DNA from: Chrysomallon squamiferum
Lineage: Eukaryota > Animalia > Mollusca
Assembly (NCBI GenBank): GCA_012295275.1
Contig: CM022674.1
Location: forward strand, 16,120,001 to 16,184,000
Length of the DNA: 64,000 nucleotides
Direction of reading: 5' to 3'
This document shows positions 13,794-28,758 of the stretch, in pieces; positions within the stretch are counted from its first letter, which is position 1; every line of letters starts with the position of its first letter. The position numbers and the translations under genes were made by a program. The notes beneath the pieces were generated by a model. It was given only the letters and a program-made list of their open reading frames with translations. It did no database searches and was not told the origin of the DNA.

Positions 13794-16700
13794 TAATAAA
13801 TAAAATAAAATAAATTAAAAAATAGAAAGATGATAACGTGATGAATATAATAAATCAGCTATAAATAAATAGATAGATAGATAAATAAAAACAAATAAAT
13901 AAATAGATAGACGGATAGATAGATAAAAAAAACAAATAAATAAGTAAATAAATTAATACATTAATAAAAACTGCAGGAAACTGAAGGAAGTTTGCAGAAC
14001 GCTTTATCATTATTTATGGAAATAGTTGCATATAATTAGAGTCTTGTTTAATGATTTTAGTTTCTTCACATTATTTCTTGTTTCTTTCACTCCTTCCTAT
14101 CTTAAAATGTCTATAAGGTAAGTTATATACAAAGTACACTTAACTTGTTGTTAAATCCTGAAGTCACAAATCATTATTTAGACAAATGTGACATACATGT
14201 GTGTGTAGTGTATAACTGATTATACTAAATTAATGGAATATAATTGTATACACTGTTTTTCACCAGTGATTTAACACAGCTACAACCAGTTACAATCATG
14301 TTTACAAAATGTTAGATTATCAAATTTACTAAACATAGATTAATCAGAATATAACTAAACAAAGTTTAATCACAGTTTTATAGATTTATCGCAATAGTAT
14401 GCTGTACAGTACAAGTTAATTGAAAGAAACACACTTTAATTTTAAAACATAACACACTATACAAACATACACTGTATATAACATTGCCCTAACATAAAGA
14501 TTATGCAAGTATCAAACCACATTTAAAACAAATGTGTATAACGACGTTCTTGTATGAATAATTGTCAAATGTTTAACCTATGTAAGTATGTCTGTATGCG
14601 TATGTATACGTATTGTAAAATTAATAACATAAGCTGTTTCGATGTTTTAAGTAAATACATTAATAAAGCTATAGTTTGTTATGTTGGTGCATTATCATCG
14701 ACGCCAAATACATGTAACACAAAACAACCTTAGCCCAAAATGACTGGCATTTATGTCATTACCATTTCATAATATTATTTAAGCCTTCTATTTCATACCC
14801 TTTCTTTGTTTGTTCTTTCATTACTTCCTTTTGTACCTTCCTTCATTCTTTCTTGATTTTCTTGCCAGAAGTCTTAATACATATTGACCCTTCAGAATTT
14901 AAAGTGTTTTTGGTAAAGTAAAGTGTCTTGGAATAAACATTTAGAAAATTGTGCACTTACCCGGTTCAGAAATAAGATTTTCTTATGTTGGTTGGTGTCT
15001 GCGGTTCTGAAATATTCCTGTGATTTGAAAGAGACAAGATTTCTAAGTGAGTTCATTTTTCAATTTTAAGAATAAAATTTACAGACTTCGAATTTGAAAG
15101 CAGCAAACATCACATCATAGAAATTCCCTACTGGTAGATCACCATTGCAGAATATGGTGTAACTCATTTTGGATTTGTCACGATCAGTTTTCTCACTTTA
15201 GAGAAAGATGTACTAATGAATCAACACATTTAAAACACCTTGGAAACAGTGCACAAATTCATTAACACAACAAACCACGATGACCTAAAGTTACCTCGAG
15301 AGTGAGATTCTATGTCCAGACCAGCGATGAGTCAACTCTCTCTTCATCACAAAAAAACAGAGGTTAATACACAGAAATACTTTAGTTATGAATCGAAATT
15401 GCTCAAGGTTAAATGTTCACTGGTTATAGAACCTCTGAACCGAGGATGTCATTTAAAATTAAAGGCTTCATTTCAACACACAAATAACCGCTTCAAAAGA
15501 AAGACCTCCGATAATGAGATAACATCATCATTAAAGCAGGATAGGATGTTTTATGAACAGATCCTTAACGTTTCGTTTGCAAAATAAATATACTCGTATA
15601 TTTTATAAAGAATAAAATGATACCGCTGTTATGCACGAACACGTTGTTACAAAAATAATAAGCTATATTCATCTAATCTATGAGTTAGTATCACCTTGTT
15701 TCAAATGCATGCTCATCGTTTGCATTTCCTGATAACAAAAACAAAAAGATTACAGTTACTGAAATAACAAACAAACAAACACAAAATATAAACACCAAAC
15801 ACACAGCCACACACACACACACACAGACAGACACACACATACACACACACAGACACACACGCAGACACACACACAGACACTCACACAGACACACACACAT
15901 ACACACACAGACACACAAACACACACAGACACACACACATCCATACACACACACAAACACTCACACACACACGCACAGAGGAAGATGCACTCAAAAGTAT
16001 ATATTCAACACTAAAAATGAAACAAGAACAAAGAAGCAAACAGTACCAACCGTTTTGTTTTTTCAGTCCTCGACATATTAAAATAGTTGCAATAACAAGG
16101 TGGGTTAAAACGAGAATCGCTGATCCAGGATCCAACATCCACTGCTATCAAAGTTTCATTAGACACGCCATTTGAAATAATACTTGTTCATTTGAACACA
16201 AATATACCATGCAAACTATTCCTGCTTGATTTATCTACAGCATAACAAAATATAACATAAAGGTACATGTATTAAAACGCAGTAAATATAGTGAAATAAA
16301 GATTTAAAATATGACAGATATAAATAAGGAAATAAAAGTAAAAGTTAAAAGAAAAAAAATAATTCCAATGAATTGATATATAAAACTATTAATTAATGTT
16401 GTTATGATTTAGGAGATAAAAAGGCTTCATATATTAAGATCAGTTAGCATTAACGTTCAGCTGTATTGCAGCACAGTTTTAAAAATCAATATGTGAAAAT
16501 ACTGAGGATATTTATAAATTTGTTTATTTATTTACAAATTTCGTTATCGAACATTTCGCGGTGTGGTAATATTTAGACCCATGTTTCCGCTCAATCGCTT
16601 AATCAAATTTCTTAAAATACAAATATTTCAACTGGAATTGTTTTTCTTTGATATTCTTAGGCAACTAAAAGTTTGCTAATAAGTTTACTTCGTCTGTGAT

Positions 16701-17777
16701 GTCAGAGACTCTATCACTGTTGTATGGGTTGTATGTAGACGACGTCCTGGAAATGTCTCTATGAAGTTGTTCCAGTGTGTTGACGTGCTTTCTCTGAGAT
16801 GGAGGAAGAGTAACGGCCAACAGTTGGAAGATATGCTCGTTGGACAAACGTAAAGGAATTTTTGAATGAAAAAATGAATGAATAATCAGATATTATCAAT
16901 AAATGCCACAAAAATCGATTAATATGAAAAACCAACCGAAAAAAAAAGTGTGAACTGTAATCGAAACATACTAACTTAAAACAATAATAATAATAATTAT
17001 GCAAATATTAAAAATAATTTATGCACATTAACAAATATAATTAAAAGTAAAGAATAAAGAAAATCTAAAAACATTTTGGAGAGAAATTGTTCAGCAATAC
17101 AAAAGATTTGAAATAAATATCCATCTATATAGCTCAGAAGTATAATGTATTAAAGAAAATCTTAATTATAGGTATCATATGGGCAAATATAAAAATAAAC
17201 AACTTAAAAAAAAAGAAAAAAAGAAGAAATGTATGTAAATGAAATATTAAAATGACAATAAACATACTGCAATAGATATTTAAAATGATAACCCATAAAA
17301 TTATGTAAACAATACTGAACAGTACATGTAAACTAACTATTTAAATACAGTAAGATCAGTTTTAACAAAACACTCTAAGTATATTTTCAAATATTACCAA
17401 AAGAAGATGGTACACCTGTGTTAAACATGCAAATAATTAATATGTTCAGCTTACGTTTCAGAAGTGAAAGGCTGCATCAGAAAACTTCAGCAGAAGCTTC
17501 ACCATTTTTGTCCGGTGATTCATAGATGTAAATAACAATATAATCAAGATACGTTTCTGTAAATTGCTAATGAACAATAGTGCGTATGTAATGCAAAGCA
17601 CAAAACAAAATACTTAACTATCCCATAAAGCTGGTTAGTAAACTAGAAATATTTATATACAAAATAATCCATTTTCACTCGTTTAAGGTAAAACAAAAAC
17701 CAGGTTACTGACATAAAATATCAATTGGTTTTCTGTTAAATATATATTACAAACAAATGTTTGTATGTGTATGCTTG

Positions 17778-17892
<115 letters not shown>

Positions 17893-19106
17893 TATCTTAA
17901 TGTTTATCCTGATTCCTGTTTTTGTATACATAACATTCTGACTGACTAAGCTTAATCTTATAATCGGAAACCTAACTGAATTCAGATTTATACACTGTAT
18001 AATTATTCTAGATGTAAATGTTTGACAATTCATAAACAGGCACACAGACAAATATAAAATGTATTACAAATAATACAAGTATTTTGTAACCGGACAGCTA
18101 ACTTAACCCAACTTTTCACATTGTAGGATTATATGATGGTACGACTATTTCACAATGCATAAACGAGCAGACAAAGGATACTATTTAGATATGATTGTTG
18201 ACACTTAACAAAAGGGTGGACAAGCAGATGTTAAATATGTTAAAATATAACAACTGTTTCTCAGTGCTAAACACGGACTGACGACAACTTTAAATATTTT
18301 ATGATATTTCGAGCGGAAAATAGTCCGTTTCGTACTTTGCGGTTTTGAATAATTCTATACATGCGACTTTTGTAGATTAATGTTAAATATTGTGTAGCTG
18401 TTGCCTGTTTGTTGTTGTTGTTTCCGTGTATTTGTTTGTTTGTTTTCTAATTGTTATTTTATGTTATATATCGTTATAGCATACGTAAAGATAATTTTAT
18501 AATGCTGTTTTCGTTTTCCAAATATATCCCTGTCCATATAATGGTACTCAAATCATACTCGGATACCCAGTATAGCAAATTTGTGTTTGTTTGTTATGTA
18601 CGTCAGATAACAATAGTCTGTCACTGCTGCACGAGATACACAGAGGTACAACTGAGAGCTATTTACGACGATTTGAAAGATTCACTGTTTATACGGTGTC
18701 TGCGCGTAAGTGCAGAAATAAATAGGAAGATATGAAGTAATTTACGTTTATCAACATTCAAGATAAATAATAACACATGTTCAATAGCAATAATAACGAG
18801 AGAAACAACAATAATATACTATAAAACATGAAAAAAAGGTAAACAGATGTATTTGATTATTTGCTGCATTTAGATTGTTCTATGTTATCTTCTTCTTCTA
18901 CTTCTTCTTCCTCTTTTTCAGTTATTAATACGCAGGTTCGAACATCGTTTATCGACAAACCAGTGAAATACATTCTATATTCAAATTTTGTGAATTAGAT
19001 TCCAAGCAAATTTAAATCATAAACAGAGACGGGGTAGAAAAATATCTCAGAAAATTAAATAGCAAATCTTTGCTCTCAGGATTATCTTTGTTTACCGTGA
19101 AAGTCA

Positions 19107-19152
<46 letters not shown>

Positions 19153-19212
19153 GATAATCACAGTCATTAAGAATCTAAATTATGTTCTTAATTATGTGGC
19201 ACCCACGTCTAT

Positions 19213-19271
<59 letters not shown>

Positions 19272-20277
19272 ACTGAAAAACTCGCAGAGACAAGAATCAT
19301 ATTTTATCTGAAAATAATTTTAAAATGTTCTGCTGGTTGTTAACTGTTTACGTCTTAAAACCTCGTTTTCACTCATTTTCTAACACGTGAATATTTTTTA
19401 CTTAGATCAGACAGCAACAGCTCAGTACTGCTACCACGATAGCTAGACGCGTGTTTTGTTAGTTCAAATGAAGCAATAGTACTAGCCTAATGAAACAAAT
19501 ATATTAACTAGAGGAATAAAAAAATATGTATGAAACACAATTCCGAGTGACAGGAATTTTTTATGATTCAAAATATTGTAAATAATGCCTTTCAAATAAA
19601 AAAATAAACAATACAAAAAAAAAAAGAAAAAAAAAAGCAAACAAACAACAATAACCGAAAGACGGTTTCCCAAATTAATGAAAAAAAGAAAGCAATATGA
19701 AAGAAAATGTTTGAATTGTTAATGTGTTTTAGCTTTTATTTGATGTAAATCCATAAACTGCTAATTTTGAAACAATTGCTAAATGTAAATTTATAACACT
19801 TGTGAAATTTAATTTTATGTTTCTTTTCTTTGGAAAAAGTTGTTATATGTAAATTTACATAAACAAATGTTGCTGAATTATTTTATTTTAATTTATGTTC
19901 TGGATAAAGATATGTTTATGACAATATAAAAAAAAAAAATTGTCAATAACTGCAGAATATAATTTGTATCAGTTATTACTGGAAAAATACACCGAAAGTG
20001 CACGTAATTTGAAATAAATACATGAGCAACAATAAACATGGTAATAATAAGGTTTAGTAATATTCAGTCTCTTGTCATTAACATTATCTTATAACGGTAT
20101 TAATTTAATGTAAAATGATTATTGTTAGACTTCAGATATTATATTATATTTGATTTAGAACGAAGCTCCTCATTTACCTTAATGCATCTGTAAACGAAAA
20201 AGAAAGAATCATAGATACATACATACATAGGCATGTATGCCTCCACCTACACACACACACACACACATACACACACA

Positions 20278-20321
<44 letters not shown>

Positions 20322-20929
20322 CGGGCGCGCGCGGGCTTTTCCCCTGTACATGTGTGTTGTGAATTGAAACTGTCCTGATACTGTAGCCATAGATCACATT
20401 TAAAAAATGAAATGTATATAGTTTCAAACCTTCTTATTTAGCATTTCTGAAATAACTGAACTAAAGCTGTAAAGTGTGTGTGAGTTAGTTTTGTTTTCTT
20501 TCTCTCTGAAAATCTCTTTATCTAGTTTCTTTGAACTCGGTCATTACACTTTTCCATGTACTTTTTCTGGCTGCTTATGCTTCTTTTAAAGAAATAAATT
20601 GGTTAGATGAAAAAGTGTTTATTAATCAATTTTCGTATGAGATATCTAGAACGGGAAATAAGCATTTTGTAGTTAGATATTTATATATTTTCCAATTAGT
20701 ATTTGTTGTGCGTGGAAATTACACAAGACTTAAACATTAAGCTTATTGAAGTAATTAAATTGTGCTGTAATTAACTATTGTTATAATATAAGAAAAATAT
20801 TACAATTCGGTAAATTTTATTTATTGTTTATGAGTAATCAAGACAATACAATATGTTAATATGAATGCATATAAGACACTATTTTATTAATACTAATAAA
20901 AATAATAAAATAACTGAATAGTCAGTGAG

Positions 20930-21545
20930 TATCAAACGCAGTCGCGTTGTGTTGTCTGCCGGAGAAGAAGGAGAGAGAGAGAGACAACGTGGCAGTGCCT
21001 GTTCCAGCTGTGGACAGGGGCCGTGGTGACCCCAGGAGCCTGCTGGGTGTGATTGTAGATGTTGATGACAATGAACAGTGTACCATAGCATTCCCGTCTG
21101 GAATTTGTGAAAGGCAAATTTTGCAGGAACCAGTTTGACGTGTGTTTCCAGAGACTGCTGTTTGTGGATGATGTGAAAAGAGAATGCAAAATGCTTTTAG
21201 AGCAGCAGTGTCAAAGGAGTTACGCAGGAGGACAAGGGATTGTGAAATGCAACTATAGAGGAAAAAAGAGGTGTCAAACAAAACGTGTATGTTTCGAGAA
21301 CAAACGTTTGAACTGCTGTAATAAATAGAACACTACTAGATGAGTTACGAAATAAATATCTTCATCCGATTGTAAGTCATTCTTTTTCATTCAGTCATTT
21401 TGCCTAATGACTTGAGGTCTATTTCAGTCGTTTGGCCTATTTATTGGAAATATTAGACATTAGCCCAAATATCTGACGGTCTTGAGAGTTAGGCTAAACC
21501 TAAACATTTCAGGCATTAGACTTATTTCACATATTGGCTGTAATC
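20930..21545 (+). mobile_element. Decayed Ginger2/KRBA2-SCAND3-type transposase C-terminal fragment with probable 3' end
   Basis: Frameshifted pieces IKRSRVVLSAGEEG/DNVAVPVPAVDRGRGDPRSLLGVIVD/KGKFCRNQFDVCFQRLL/GGQGIVKCN..KKRCQTKR match the conserved DRGRGDPRN..GGQGFxKCxC..CxTxRCxC tail of this family. The DDE core is absent; a (GA)n expansion lies at ~20971. Confidence 0.8.
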
Positions 21546-21821
21546 TACACACACATATATATATATATATAGGTTTACCACACACACACCAACACACACA
21601 CAAAACACATACACATACATATACATACATACATACACACCTACGCTCATAACGCTATTTAAGAGATTGTGAGGGTTGACAAGTCATATATTGTTATGTT
21701 GCATATATTGTTGTGAACTGTTGCGGATCAGGAATTTTCAAAAAATGTTTTGTTAGTTGTTTCTTGTTTAGTAAAATTGCCTTTTACCTTTCTGTCTTTT
21801 GTGTCATTTAAAAACCGACGT

Positions 21822-21867
<46 letters not shown>

Positions 21868-22576
21868 AATGCATATACAAAGACACGCAGATACATTCAA
21901 ACATTATAACAATATTATATACACATTAATTACTCAGACGCACTAGATATAAACATATAAAAACAGACACAAACACAACATACTTAAGCAGAGGATTTCG
22001 CTAGGGAATACATTCTGTCTCTCTACAAATTCAATGCATCAAATACACTAGTTTACACACTGAACCGTTGCAGCTAGAGTTACGATTCTTGCCATTTATA
22101 AACAGGGAAATACCAACATTAATATAATAAATGTCATTGTTTCAGTAACATAACTTATTTAATAAACGTGTTTGGATATAATAAACTTTAGTTCATTGTC
22201 GATTATTAAATATATGAAAGGAACAGAAGACCAAAACATCCTTTGTAGCATAGACAGAATAGACAGAACATTTTATTTGCGCAGTTAATGAAGACTGCAG
22301 GGTGTCAGTTTAAGAATGGGTTGTATGCACGCTTCACTTAGATATCTCGCTTCTGGAACTAATATGTTGTTGGGCTTCACTCAGGGTTTACACATTTTTA
22401 ATGACATGTAGGTGAACTTTCATCCGAAAAAAGGTTTCATTGTAATTTCTATATTTCCTCTTTTATTGTTTGTAGCTAGAATTCTTTCTGATATTCAGTA
22501 TCTTCCTGTCATATCGTCTGTCCATGAATAATACACTGTCATTCTAGACACAAACAAAAAAAAAAAAAAAAAACAA

Positions 22577-22607
<31 letters not shown>

Positions 22608-22723
22608 AAAAAAGGAAAAAAATAACAAAACAAAACAAAAAAAGACAACTCGAAAAAAAAAAAAAAACACAAATAAAAACAAAAACAAAGAACAACAAAC
22701 AAAAAATAACAAATACAAATACA

Positions 22724-22823
<100 letters not shown>

Positions 22824-23049
22824 AACTTCAATATAAAGGCCATTCATACCATGTAAATCGTAATGAATTTAGCTCTTTTGTTTTTGACCGGAATTCCGCC
22901 GCTCTAATGTCGCACCAACAGCTGTGAACGTATTAAACTGGATTTTAATATTTATTGCGGAAAGCATCTGGAGTTAATACCATTCGATCTGCATGTCCAT
23001 TACTGAAAACACTATGAGCAGGCCACTTTAAACACGTGTCGCTGTCCTC

Positions 23050-23348
23050 GGTCACGTGATCTATGGAAACTATAATGACATCTGAAAATTAAGGGTATAT
23101 CGTGATGAAGGTTGGGTGATCGTTCCCTATCGCTGTGCTTGGGGTTATTACTGTTTCAAATGTGTTTGGATATTTCTTAATAAGAAAACTTGTATTTTCA
23201 CACATAACTACATTTAAATTAAACTATACAATAAAAATAAAATAAAATAAAATAAAATGTATAGTCCTAATGACAAGCTGATCATTTTAAAAGCTATTTC
23301 TTCTTCTCCTTCTTCGTAGTATTCGTTCCATCTTTTTTTATGACAAAG

Positions 23349-23389
<41 letters not shown>

Positions 23390-23895
23390 ACCACCACCTC
23401 CACCACCACCATAATCACCACCTCAAATAAAACATAAAACAAAGAAGAAAAAAGAACAAAGAAAATAAAAATAAAATAAATATAATACCAGTATGTTAAC
23501 TAAACAAAACTAACAAAAAAAGAAAAAGAAAAAGAAAAATATAAAATGATTATACTGGCAGCGCAATCCGTATGTCAAAGGGATTTAACAGCAACAGCTT
23601 TCATTATATACACTTTACTGGTTGCTTCCCTTTATCAACCATCCGCATGAAATTTGAAAAAAGAACCAAAGAAAAACATATAGCTTAATTTTTGAGTGCT
23701 GCTGTCTCTGTGGCATTATTACATTTAAATTACATAACTACAGTTAATCAGTACAAAATATCTTTAATCCTATTTGAAATATTTACACTTGCTTCTAGCC
23801 AAGGATTAAGAGCACGTATTTAAAATAACAATGATATTGGGCGTGGTTTATTGCAGACTCGGCCTGTCATTTTTAAAAATACGTTAACCAATGAA
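23050..23895 (+). promoter_or_regulatory. Putative promoter motifs of the receptor kinase gene
   Basis: GGTCACGTGATC E-box/CLEAR-like motif at ~23050, ATTGG plus GGGCGTGG GC box at ~23836-23847, and CCAAT at ~23888. They lie 150-990 nt upstream of the ATG at 24040. Motif matches only. Confidence 0.4.
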
Positions 23896-24039
23896 TTTCA
23901 AGAATGGTAATTATTGACAGGACGACCTGACCTAATTCAGCTTATGACCCGATTTTAGTAAATGTTGAACAGTGACATCACACCAGCAGTTTCCGATCTG
24001 TGGTTGTTATCGGAACTCTCGTATGTGAGAAGAAATGCG

Positions 24040-25106
24040 ATGAGTTCGCTAATCATTAGTTTTGTCGTCTTTATTCTGATTAATTCTCCTGAATCTGCCG
24101 TTTCTAATGTCTATGTAGCTGTCCCGTTTATACAGATAGGCTCATGTAAACTGGTTATAAGTACAAGAGACATAACTGATTTGAAAAGTTTACAACGCAG
24201 TGATGGCTTGCCGAGGTAATGCATGCAGATTTTTGTAATGTATACGAATTTTTATAAATGCTGCTTCTTATTTTTGTTATGCAAGCACATCTAAATTAAG
24301 TTAACTACAGTGGGGTTCTTTTTGTAAGGAATAAAAAGAGGATTATTTCTTAAAAATAAATTGAATAAATAAATATATGCATTTTAAAGATAAATATGAA
24401 GAAGAAAAATAAATAGCTAAATAAATAAATCATAACAAAATTAAAATGAATTTTGACTGAAATTATTAATTTGTATTCTAATATATTATTTAAAAGTGAA
24501 TATGCTTATTCTTCAAAACTGTTTTGTAACTGGTCTTACAGTCAAAACCACTAACACAAACACTAACTTTACCATGTACTGTTAAACCACAACCACAAGA
24601 ACATTATTACTTTGACTACCAACACTGCTATCACTGGTAACATTTAACCATGGATTATCATCTGCACCATCATCTATTATTATAATCATTATCATCAGCA
24701 GCAGCATTATTATTCTGATCAAGATAATCATCATAATTATCATCTTCATCATCAACTTTATCATTCTCAGCAATATTGTGGTTTTAACAGCAGATAATAA
24801 AATAGGATTTTACTATTTACAATTTCAATTTTTGTTGTTGTTTATTGTGGTTATTATGTTTCATATTTCACACTTCACCAATTCTTTTCTTTACCATGAC
24901 CTGTCAAGGTATTATTTTTTTGGTAATCACTCAAACATTTCAAATTTAAAAAAAAAAGAAAAAGAAATAAAAAAGTATATGTATATATAAATGAAAATGT
25001 GTTGAAGATTATTTGTAAAGTAACTGTGAGAAAATATCTTCAATGTATTTTGTGTAGATCTATTTCTTAATATGTTTTTATTTATTATGAAATGAGCTAC
25101 AAACTT

Positions 25107-25183
<77 letters not shown>

Positions 25184-25243
25184 ATTAGCCTTGACAAATA
25201 GTTTAAGTTCTCTCTCTTATTTAATTAGCCTTGACAAATAGTT

Positions 25244-25331
<88 letters not shown>

Positions 25332-27480
25332 CTTTTTGTTTTCATCTCTGTTATTTCTCTCTTTCTCTATCATTTGCTACCCCGTATATTACTCTATCTC
25401 ATTCTCTATCACTCTATTTCTATATCTCTGACATTTTTTCTGTTTCTCATTCTCCATCAGTATTTCTTTTTCCCTGTTTATACCTATCTTTCTTTCTCCC
25501 TTTCACTGTCTGTCTTTCACTTACTCACATTTTTGCTCTCTGTTTCTATAATTATTAATTAATGTTTAACTGTCAGCTACAAAATGTTTCATCTCTTTTT
25601 CATTGTTTTTTAAATATTTTTTTTTTATCAGGTATGTAAGTTCGACTTCAAAGAACAGAAACAATATTTTACTCTTGGATTGCAGAACTACGCCAAGTTC
25701 CGAGCCATTCGAGATAAGTACTTACACACTTCATATTTATCAGTGGATCATTATTTGTATTTAGTAATTGGAAATATACAGCAACGTTTCTTAAATTTCA
25801 TTTTAGGTTTTATGCATATAAGAATTTGTTTTTATTCATGTATGTACAGTTACATTTAGAAATTATAATAAGATCAGTAATGATGATGATGATAATTAAA
25901 AAAACAAGAAATAATAATCATGCTGTTACTGGTACATTAGTAATAATAATAATAACAATAATAATAAAAACAATAATAATAATAAGAAGAAGAAGAATAA
26001 GAATAAAAGAAAATGGTTTTATTGAAAGTATGTTAAAATTTTAATTGATATATCTAAATATATTTCTTTTGAAGATTACAAGTAGCAAAAAGCTGAAATT
26101 TTTAAGTAAACAAATTTGTTCTTAATGCCGATAGGTACATGCAGATTGCATGTAGATAAATATTTGAATTTATTTTCACTAGATTTATAAGCATGTACAA
26201 ACTTCATTATTATGTACAATGAAAAAACTATTTGTTTTTACTGAATACAGATACAGACACATTTTCTGTTCATAAAATTAAAAACAAAAATAAAATTATG
26301 AATTTTATAAACAGTTCAGTATTTATAATCCGAATTAATTATTTTTGTTGCATACAGATCTGTCTATTTTTCATGTTAACAAATATTGAAATTTGTTTTT
26401 GCTTGATATATGTAGATGTAAATCTCATATTTCTAAACAAAACAATGTTTCAGTTGTATTTGAATTAAGAAACATTTATTCACTATATTCATAAATTAAT
26501 TATTAGAATTTATTGTTACTGAATATACAGGTAAAAATACTCTTATATTTGTGAATATTTGAATTTATGGTCTTTCAGATTGCTATATGTGCTAATTTAA
26601 TATTTGCTTTTAATGTATATAAATACTTGCAGATATCATTTTTAAATAATAAGAATTGATTTTTAATGTGTACATGCTTGATTTATAAATATATATAAAA
26701 AATAGTTTTATTCCATCTGATAGATACTGGTCTTATATTTATAAGCATAACAACATACTTTTATTTTCAGGGTATATAATTTACAAAATTTCATATTTAT
26801 AAACATTGGTGACACACACACACAAAAACACAAAAATAGAAGCATCAAAAGTAACATTTAAACAAAAATGACTTTGATATAAATAAAAAGAATAATATTT
26901 AATTTATTTATATATTTCTTTAAATAATATTTTTCTTTTTTTTTTTAGATAAGTGCAACAAAGGAAAACAATAATTAAGTTAATTTGTGATGCAACGAGA
27001 AAAGAACCTGATGATGGTTTGTTTAAAATTATTGAAGATTCTGGTGTTGGAAATGCGGTATGTAATTTTAAATGTAAAATTTGGGAAGTTCATATGAAGT
27101 ATTTTAAAAACAGTGTTAATATTAAACATCAAAAATAATAATTGTAAATTTTGGAATTTGAAAACAGGAATAAGTGGCACTCTTTGTAAGGTTAGTAATT
27201 TTAAAATACGGGATTTTAAAAATGTGCATTCATTAGGTAGTATAAACTAAAATACATTTTTTCTTTTTCTGAACTTTTTTTGCTTCACATGCAAGCTTTG
27301 TTGAAAATATAATAATTTTCTGTCCATTTCTTCATGCTTTGTTGCTGTATTCATTATTTTTTTTAATTTATTATTTTACTGGATGCATTTTTTAAATATA
27401 TTTATTTATTTGTTTATAGACAGCAGAACTTCATCACCTCTGCTGTTGTCCAAATGGCTGTTTGCCTGTCAATATTTCAG
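24040..27480 (+). CDS. Signal peptide and MRH/ATG27-like ectodomain exons
   Basis: MSSLIISFVVFILINSPESAVS leader; GSCKLVISTRDITDLKSLQRSDGLPR; VCKFDFKEQKQYFTLGLQNYAKF; RKTIIKLICD..DGLFKIIED; TAELHHLCCCPNGC. Order and spacing follow the MRH-like pattern DLxxL..CQ..LG..RxTxIxLxCD..ELx3CxCP. Confidence 0.6.
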
Positions 27481-27491
27481 GTAAATGTATT

Positions 27492-27526
<35 letters not shown>

Positions 27527-28695
27527 TATAATAATAATAATCATAATAAATATACTACCACTTCTATTACTACTACTACTAGAGAAAACCAACAAAAAAT
27601 AAAAAATGTCCTGCTCAAGCAAACATAAAGAGAAAAGAAAAGAAAGAAAGAAAGAAAAGAACAAATCTATAAAAAAAACTCAGAAAAGAAAAGAAAAAAG
27701 ATATCTTCTAGACAGGACATGAACACATAACTTTCAATATCTTGGAGTACATTTGTAGAAAAATATTTTCTAAATGAAACACTTGAATAATAGCTGAACA
27801 ACTCATCACATATAACTAAAATGATTATTGTTGCTGTTGGTGTTGTTGTTGTTATTGTTATTGTAGTTTTGTAATTTGCAGAGTTCTTTTCAAGTCTGCC
27901 ATTAATCACATTTCACCAATTTGAAGAAAACTTCAATACAGTTAATTTGAATATTTTTAAAGTTTTAGTAAAATAAAAAGAATAATAATAAAAAATAAAA
28001 TAAAAAAAGAGTTAAAAAAACAACAAATAAAAAAACAAAAAAACAATACAAACATACGCAAACAACAACAACAATAAAGCAATTAACTGTTTTATTTTTA
28101 CTGATGTTCTAATCGAATGATGATGAATTTTAAGTTGTCTCCATAACTAACCTATTTACCTAGTAACACAGTTATTTATACAAATAATATTATAACACTT
28201 GGTACATCACACAACACTCTCATTAAACCTCACTGCAGAGTTATATTTCTTTACACCTTATTATGTAGCTTACAGTGCACACTATACAGAGTAATCGTTT
28301 ATATTCAGTATGTAGATAACAAGTTTAGATAATTATTTAATAGTGTCAGTAATGTTATCTTAATCTAGTGTATTAGTTACACACTCATAACAACATAATT
28401 GTGAATACTTTTACCTCAGCTTAAAGTGCAAATGGGGTAATTGTACATTAAATGAATTACCTGGTGTTGATGTATTTTAAAAAGAAATGTATGTGTGTGT
28501 TTGTATTAAATAAAATCTATATCTATCTATCTGTCTATCTGCCTGTCTATCTATATATTTGCCTAGCTATTTGTCTCTTAGTACACAGATATACATATAT
28601 ATTTGTGTTTTTCTATCTTTGTATCTATCTATATAGAGACACAGATGTAGATTGTTTTTGTATATATATATATATATAAACTATATATATATGTA

Positions 28696-28758
<63 letters not shown>

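Noticed and set aside
14961-17560. Candidate minus-strand exons at ~14961-15017, ~16688-16792 and ~17455-17556
   Set aside because: They have splice-like ends but no recognisable product and no consistent frame chain.
24542-24640. EHYYFDYQHCY segment as the missing YxYNPC ectodomain exon
   Set aside because: Its acceptor gives an immediate stop when joined to the phase-2 end of exon 1, and it lies in low-complexity sequence.
26100-26810. Possible extra ectodomain exon near 26771-26808
   Set aside because: It sits in a degenerate AT-rich repeat and its translation shows no MRH-like motif.
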